From the human T2T-CHM13v2.0 reference genome, Homo sapiens: 64,000 nt of DNA. The notes beneath the pieces are model-generated. The model was not told where the DNA came from and made no database searches. It saw nothing but the letters and a program-made list of their open reading frames with translations. The position numbers were made by a program, and so were the translations under genes. Shown in pieces: positions 56,525 to 64,000 of the stretch. The stretch is taken from the NCBI RefSeq assembly GCF_009914755.1, contig NC_060929.1. The stretch is one strand, 5' to 3'. How positions within the stretch are numbered: position 1 is the first letter of the stretch; every line of letters starts with the position of its first letter.

Positions 56525-58772
56525 GATGTCAGCAAGATTGTGGAGTAGGAAGCCCTGGACCCGTCTTCTCCTACAAACACATCAATCCAGCAACAACTCG
56601 TAGACAAATTACCTGTGTGATGGAAATCCTCAGCTTTTGTTTGTCTGGTGAAGACAGCTTTTCCAGGGGTAAACAAGAGCTGAGGAAGTTTATCACCACC
56701 AGACATGCCTTACAAGAAATGCTAAAGGGAGTTCTTAAAGTTGAAATGAAAGGATGCCAAATAGAAGTATGATAGCATAAGAAAGTATGAAACTCATTGG
56801 TAGAGGTAAATATATGGACAAATACAAAATACTGCATTACTGTAATGGTGGTGGGAAAATCGCTTTAAAAAGCATAAAAGTTAAAGGCAAAAGTATAAAA
56901 AATAAATATAACCAAAAATATGTTAAAATACACAATATGAATAATATAAAATGTGACAACAATAACATAAAATGAGTGTATGTAGGGGGAGGAGAAATTA
57001 AAGTATGGAGTTTTGGTACATGATCAAATTTAAGTTGTTACTGGCTTAAAACAGACTGTTATAAGATATTATATGTAAAAGATATTTTATGTAAGTCCCA
57101 AAGAAATCATACACAAAAAATAGAAGTTACCCAAAAGAAGAAAGGAATCAAAGCCTATCAATACCAAAAAATTTTTTAAAACACAAAGGAAGGCAGCAAG
57201 AAAGGAAAAGACAGGTAGAAGAATTACAAGGCTAACAGAAAACAATTAACAAAGTTGTGATAGTAAATTCTTCTTTATTAATAATTACTTTAAATGTAAA
57301 TGAGTTAAACTCTCTAATCAAAAGACATAAAATAGCTGAACAGATTAAAAATGAGACCAACTATACGCTCTCTATAAGAAACTCATTTTAGATTTAAAGA
57401 CACACATAGGCCGAAAGTAAGGAGATGGAAAAAGATATTGCATGCAAATGGTAACCAAAGGAGAGCAGAGTTGGCAATACTTACATCAGTCAAAATAAAT
57501 TGTAAGTCAAAACTATTACAAGAGACAAAGAAGGACATTATATAATGATAAAATGTTCAATCCACCAGGAATAAATACATTTGCACCCAGCATCAGAACA
57601 CCTAAATATATATGGCAAACATTGCCAGAAATGAAGGGAGAAGTAGACAACAATACAATAATTGTAGAAGATTTCACTACCCAATTTTCAATAATAGAAC
57701 ATTCAGGCAGACTACCAATAAGGAAATGGAGGATATGAACAACATTATCGGCCAAATGGATCTGATAGACATATATAGAACATTCTACCCAACAACAGCA
57801 CCTATTCTTCTCAAGAGTACATAGAACATTCTCCAGGATAGCTTACATGTCAGATCATAACACAGTTTTGACAAGTTTAAGAAGATTGAAATCATTTTCT
57901 GACATTGATGGAATGAAACTTGAAATCAATAGCACAAGTAAAATGGGAAAATTCACAGGAATATGAAAATGAATCAACACACTCTTGAACAATCACTGGG
58001 TCAAAGGGGAAATAGAAAAAAGGAAATTAGAAATACCTTGAGACAAATGAAAATGAAAACACAACATGCCAAAACTTATGAGATACAACAAAAGCAACAC
58101 TACAAGGGAAGTTTGAGCAATAAAAATCTGCACTATAAAAGAAGAAAGTTCTCAAATAAACAACCTAACTTTATAGCTAAAGTAACTAGAAAAATAAGAA
58201 AAAACTAATCACAAAGTTAGCAGAAGGAAGGAAATAGCAAAGATTAGGGCAGAAATAAATGAAATAGAAAAACATCAGCAAATGAAGAGTTGGATTTTTG
58301 AAAGGATAAACAAAATAGACAACCTTTAGCTAGGCTAAGAACAAAAGAGAGTAGACTCAAATAAATAAAATCAGAAATGAAAAAAGATATTACAACTGAT
58401 GCCACATAAATAAGAAGATTCATAAGACACTACTATGAAGAATTATACACCAAAAAAACTGAATAACCTAGAAGAAATGGATAAATTCATAGAAACATAC
58501 AATCTACCAAGGCTAAATTATGGCAGAAGTCTGAACAATCTTATAGCTACTATGGAGATTGAATCAGTAATCAAAAACCTCCCAACAAAGAAAAGCTCAG
58601 GACCAGATGATTTCATTGTTGAATTCTACCAAACATTTAAAGAATTAATGTCAATTCTTCTCAAACTCTTCCAAAAAATTGAAGAGGAAGGAATACTTCC
58701 AAACTCTTAAGAAAAACCTTCAACAAAATACCAGCAAACCAAATCCAACAGCACATTAAAAAAATCATACAT
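56525..58772 (+). mobile_element. L1MA/MB-type element: short 5' end joined to ORF1 C-terminus, then ORF2 N-half; interrupted by the L1PA at 58773
   Basis: gtcagcaagattgtggagtagg 5'-end motif; tttatcaccaccagac..ttacaagaaatgctaaagggagt; ORFs 57553..57738 and 58435..58710 are ORF2-like. Confidence 0.8.
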
Positions 58773-61700
58773 GGATTCTGTTCCAAGATGGTCGAATAGG
58801 AACAGCTCTGGTCTGCAGCTCCCAGCATGACTGATGCAGAAGATGGGTGATTTCTGCATTTCCAACTGAGGTACCTGGTTCATCTCACTGGGACTGGTTG
58901 GATAGTGGGTGTAGCCCACGGAGGGCAAGCCAAAGCAGGGTGGGGCATCGCTTCACCCAGAAAGAGCAAGGGGTTGGGGAATTTCCCTTTCCTAGCCAAC
59001 GGAAGCCATGACAGACTGTATCTGGAAAAATGGGACACTCTTGCCCAAATACTGCGCTTTTCCAATGGTCTTAGCAAATGGCACACCAGAAGATTATATC
59101 TTGCACCTGGCTCAGTGGATCCCACTCCCACTGAGCCTTGCTAACTGCTAATGCAGCAGTCTGAGATCGACCTGCGAGGCAGCAGCCTGACAGGGGGGAG
59201 GGTCATCTACATTGCTGAGGCTTGAGTAGGTAAACAAAGCATCTGGGGAAGCTTGAACTGGGTGGAGCCCACTGCAGTTCAGCAAGGCCTGTTGCTTCTG
59301 TAGACTCCACCTCTGGGGGCAGGGCATAGCTGAACAAAAGGCAGCAGAAACTTCTGCAGACTTAAACGTCCCTGTCTGACAGCTCTGAAGAGAGCAGTGG
59401 TTCTCCCTTCATGGTGTTTGAGCTCAGAGAATGGACAGACTGCCTCCTCAAGTGGGTCCCTGACCCCTGTATAGCCTAACTGGGAGACTTCTCCCAGTAG
59501 GGGCCAACTGACACCTCAAAAAGGCAGGTGTCCCTCTGGGATGAAGCTTCCAGAGGAAGGATCAGGCAGCAATATTTGCTGTTCTGCAATATTTGCTGTT
59601 CTGCAATATTTGCTCTTCTGCAGCCTCTGCTGGTGATACTCAGGCAAACAGGGTCTGGAGTGGACCTCCAGCAAACTCCAACAGACCTGCAACTGAGAGA
59701 CCTGACTGTTAGAAGGAAAACTAACAAACAGAAAGGAATAGCATCAACATCAACAAAAAGGACATCCACACCAAAACCCCATCTGTACATCACCAGCAGC
59801 AAAAACCAAATGTAGATAAAACCACAAAGATGGGGAGAAACCAGAGCAGAAAAGCTGAAAATTCTAAAAACCGGAGCACCTCTTCTCCTCCAAAGGATCA
59901 CAGCTCCTTGCCAGCAATGGAACAAAGCTGGATGGAGAATGACTTTGATGAGCTGACAGAAGTAGGCTTGAGAAGGTCTGTAATAACAAACTTCTCTGAG
60001 CTAAAGGAGGATGTTCGAACCCATCACAAGGAAGCTAAAAACTTTGAAAAGGCTAGAATAAACAGTGTAGAGAAGACCTTAAATGACCTGGGAGCTGAAA
60101 ACCATGGCACGAGAACTACATAACATATGCACAAGCTTCAATAGCCAATTCGATCAAGTGGAAGAAAGGATATCAGTGATTGAAGATCAAATTAATGAAA
60201 TAAAGTGAGAAGTTTAGAGAAAAAGAATAAAAAGAAATGAACAAAGCCTCCAAGAAATATGGGACTATGTGAAAAGACCAAATCTACATTTGATTGGTGT
60301 ACCTGAAAGTGACAGGGAAAATGGAACCAAGATGGAAAACACTCTGCAGGATATTATCCAGGAGAACTTCCCCAACCTAGCAAGGCAGGCCAACATTCAA
60401 ATTTAGGAAATACAGAGAACACCACAAAGATACTCCTTGAGAATATCAACCCCAAGACACATAATTGTCAAATTCACCATGGTTGAAATGAAGGAAAAAA
60501 TGTTAAGGGCAGCCAGAAAGAAAGGTTGGGTTACCCACAAAGGGAAGCCCATCAGACTAACAGCAGATCTCTCGGTAGAAACTCTATAAGCCAGAAGAGA
60601 GTGGAAGCCAATATTCAACATCCTTAAAGAAAAGAATTTTCAACCCAGAATTTCATATCCAGCCAAACTAAGCTTCATAAGTGAAGGAGAAATAAAATCC
60701 TTTACAGACAAGCAAATGCTGAGAGATTTTGTCACCACCAGGCCTGCCTTACAAGAGCTCCTGAAGGAAGCACTAAACATGGAAAGGAAAAACTGGTACC
60801 AGCCACTGCAAAAACATGCCAAATTGTAAAGGCCATCAATGCTAGGAAGAAACTGCATCAACTAATGGGCAAAATAACCAGCTAACATCATAATGACAGG
60901 ATCAAATTCACACATAATAATATTAACCTTAAATATAAATGGGCTGAATGCCCCAATTAAAAGACACAGACTGGCAAATTGGATAAAGAGTCAAGACCCA
61001 TCAGTGTGCTGTATTCAGGAGACCCATCTCATGTGCAGAGACACACATAGGCTCAAAATAAAGGGATAGAGGAAGACCTACCAAGAAAATGGAATGCAAA
61101 AAAAAGCAGGGGTTGCAATCCTAGTCTCTGATAAAATAGACTTTAAATCAACAAAGATCAAAAGAGACAAAGAAGGCCATTACATAGTGGTAAAGGGATC
61201 AATTCAACAAGAAGAGTGAACTATCCTAAATATATATGCACCCAATACAGGAGCACCCATTTTCATAAAGCAAGTCCTTAGAGAACTACAAAGAGACTTA
61301 GACCCCCACACAATAATAATGGGAGAGTTTAACAACCCACTGTCAATATTAGACAGATCAACAAGACAGAAGGCTAACAAGGATAACCAGGACTTGAACT
61401 CAGCTCTGCACCAAGCAGACCTAATAGACATCTACAGAACTCTCCACCCCAGCTCAACAGAATATACGTTCTTCTCGGCACCACAACGCACTTATTCCAA
61501 AATTGACCACATAGTTGGAAGTAAAGCACTCCTCAGCAAATGTAAAAGAAAATAAATCACAACAAACTGTCTCTCAGACCACAGTGCAATCAAATTAGAA
61601 CTCAGGATTGGGAAACTCATTCAAAACCACACAACTACCTGGAAACTGAACAACCTGCTCCTGAATGACTACTGGATAAATAATGAAATGAAGGCAGAAA

Positions 61701-64000
61701 TAAAGATGTTCTTTGAAACCAATGAGAACAAAGACACAATGTACCAGAATCTCTGGGAAACATATAAAGCAGTGTGTAGAGGGAAATTTATAGCACTAAA
61801 TGCCCACAAGAGAAAGCAGGAAAGATCTAAAATTGACACCCTAACATCACAATTAAAAGAACTAGAGAAGCAAGAGCAAACACATTCAAAAGCTAGCAGG
61901 TGGCAAGAAATAACTAAGATCAGAGAAGAACTGAAGGAGATAGAGACACAAAAAACCCTTCAAAAAATCAATGAATCCAGGAGCTGGTTTTTTGAGAAGA
62001 GCAACAAAATTGATAGACCGCTTGCAAGACTAATAAAGAAGAAAAGAGAGAAGAATCAAATAGGCGCAATAAAAAATGATAAAGGGGATATCATCACCAA
62101 TCCCACAGAAATACAAACTACCATCAGAGAATACTATAAAACTTCTATGCAAATAAACTAGAAAATCTAGAAGAAATGGATAAATTCCTGGACATGTACA
62201 CCCTCCCAAGACTAAACCAGGAATAACTTGAATCCCTGAATAGACCAATAACAGGCTCTGAAATTGAGGGAATAATTAATAGACTACCAACCAAAAAAAG
62301 TCCAGGACCAGATAGATTCACAGCCAAATTCTACCAGAGGTACAAGGAGGAGCTGGTACCATTCCTTCTGAAATTATTCCAATCAATAGAAAAAGAGGGA
62401 ATCCTCCCTAACTCATTTTATGAGGCCAGTATCATCCTGATACCAAAGCCTGGCAGAGACACAACAAAAAAAGAGAATTTTAGACCAATATCCCTGATGA
62501 ACATCAATGTGAATATCCTCAATAAAATACTGGCAAACCGAATCCAGCAGCACATCAAAAAGCTTATCCACCACAATCAAGTCAGCTTCATCCCTGGGAT
62601 GCAAGGCTGGTTCAACATATGCAAATCAATAAACATAATACATCACATAAACAGAACCAATTACAAAAACGACACGATTATCTCAACAGATGCAGAAAAG
62701 GCCTTCGACAAAATTCAACAGCTCTTCATGCTAAAAACTCTCAGTAAATTAGGTATTGATGGGACATATCTCAAAATAATAAGAGCTATTTATGACAAAT
62801 CCACAGCCAATATCATACGGAATGGGCAAAAACTGGAAGCATTCCCTTTGAAAACTGGCACAAGACAGGGATGCCCTCTCTCACCACTCCTATTCAACAT
62901 AGTGTTGGGAGTTCTGGCCAGGGCAATCAGGCAAGAGAAAGAAATAAAGGGTATTCAATTAGGAAGAGAAGAAGTCAAATCATCCCTGTTTGCAGATGAC
63001 ATGATTGTATATCTAGAAAACCCCATTGTCTCAGCCCAAAATCTCCTTAAGCTGATAAGCAACTTCAGCGAAGTCTCAGGATACAAAATTAATATGCAAA
63101 AATCACAAGCATTCTTATACACCGATAACAGACAAACAGAGAGCTAAATCATGAATGAACTCCCATTCACAATTGCTTCAAAGAGAAAAAAATACCTAGG
63201 AATCCAACTTACAAGGGATGTGAAGGACCTCTTCTAGGAGAACTATAAACCACTGCTCAACAAAATAAAAGAGGACACAAACAAATGGAAGAATGTTCCA
63301 TGCTCATGGATAGGAAGAATCAATATCGTGAAAATGGCCATATTGCCCAAGGTAATTTATAGATTCAATGCCATCCTCATCAAGCTGCCAATGACTTTCT
63401 TCAAAAAATTGGAAAAAACTACTTTAAAGTTCATATGGAACCAAAAAAGAGCCCCCATTTAACAAGACAATCCTAAGCCAAAAGAACAAAGCTGGAGGCA
63501 TCATGCTACCTGACTTCAAACTATACTACAAGGCTACAGTAACCAAAACAGCATGGTACTGGTACCAAAACAGAGATATAGACCAATGGAACAGAAGAGA
63601 GGCCTCAGAAATAACACCACACATCTACAACCATTTGATCTTTGACAAACCTTTGAAACACAAGAAATGGGGAAAGGATTCCCTATTTAATAAATGGTGC
63701 TGGAGAAACTGGCTAGCCATATGTAGAAAGCTGAAACTGGATCCCTTCCTTACACCTTATACAAAAATTAATTCAAGATGGATTAAAGACTTAAATGTTA
63801 GACCTAAAACCATAAAAACCCTAGAAGAAAACCTAGGCAATGCCATTGAGGACATAGGCATGGGCAAAGACTTCATGACTAAAACACCAAAAGCAATGGC
63901 AACAAAAGCCAAAATAGACCAATGGGATCTAATTAAACTAAGTAGCTTCGGCACAGCAAAAGAAGCTACCATCAGAGTGAATGGCAACCTACAGAATGGC
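58773..64000 (+). mobile_element. L1PA5/6-like LINE-1 with complete 5'UTR; ORF1 (from 59830) and ORF2 (from 60893) disrupted; runs off the window
   Basis: ccaagatggtcgaataggaacagctc 5' end; MGRNQSRKAENSK ORF1 start; ORF2 segments 61319..61555, 61688..62161, 62497..63147 (LFADD) separated by stops and frameshifts. Confidence 0.95.

Noticed and set aside
58880-59215. L1 antisense ORF0-like frame (ORF 58880..59131)
   Set aside because: It resembles ORF0, but the ATG near 59213 is followed directly by TAG and another in-frame stop precedes the listed ORF, so it is not intact.
59830-64000. Retrotransposition-competent L1
   Set aside because: ORF1 and ORF2 are broken by multiple stops and frameshifts (e.g. 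stops ending ORFs at 61555 and 63147).

Overview
This is repeat-dominated primate intergenic DNA, almost certainly human because it carries a human-specific AluYb8 at 21532. I see no intact protein-coding gene, RNA gene or CRISPR array. Most of the window is nested LINE-1, Alu, MaLR/ERV LTR and DNA-transposon sequence. This includes a near full-length L1PA10-like element (-), an L1PB1-like element (-), an L1PA5/6-like element (+) running off the right end, and older L1M fragments. Four processed pseudogenes lie on the minus strand: MRPS5 (~4.1-5.6 kb), RBM15 (31.8-34.7 kb), SELENOT (38.3-38.7 kb) and a 3' fragment of EEF1A1 (41.1-41.5 kb). The most notable structure is the 5' part of a spliced SELENOT mRNA fused to L1PB1 ORF1, apparently within one insertion that split a MER63 element, with an RBM15 retrocopy nested in the same L1. 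The second is an 81-bp inverted copy of the LTR12 CCAAT array just upstream of its source LTR, with repair-type scars. From memory only (unverified), the MRPS5/SELENOT pseudogene pair suggests human chr5q23. Repeat subfamily and parent-gene calls come from recalled sequences, and the boundaries of old repeats are approximate.
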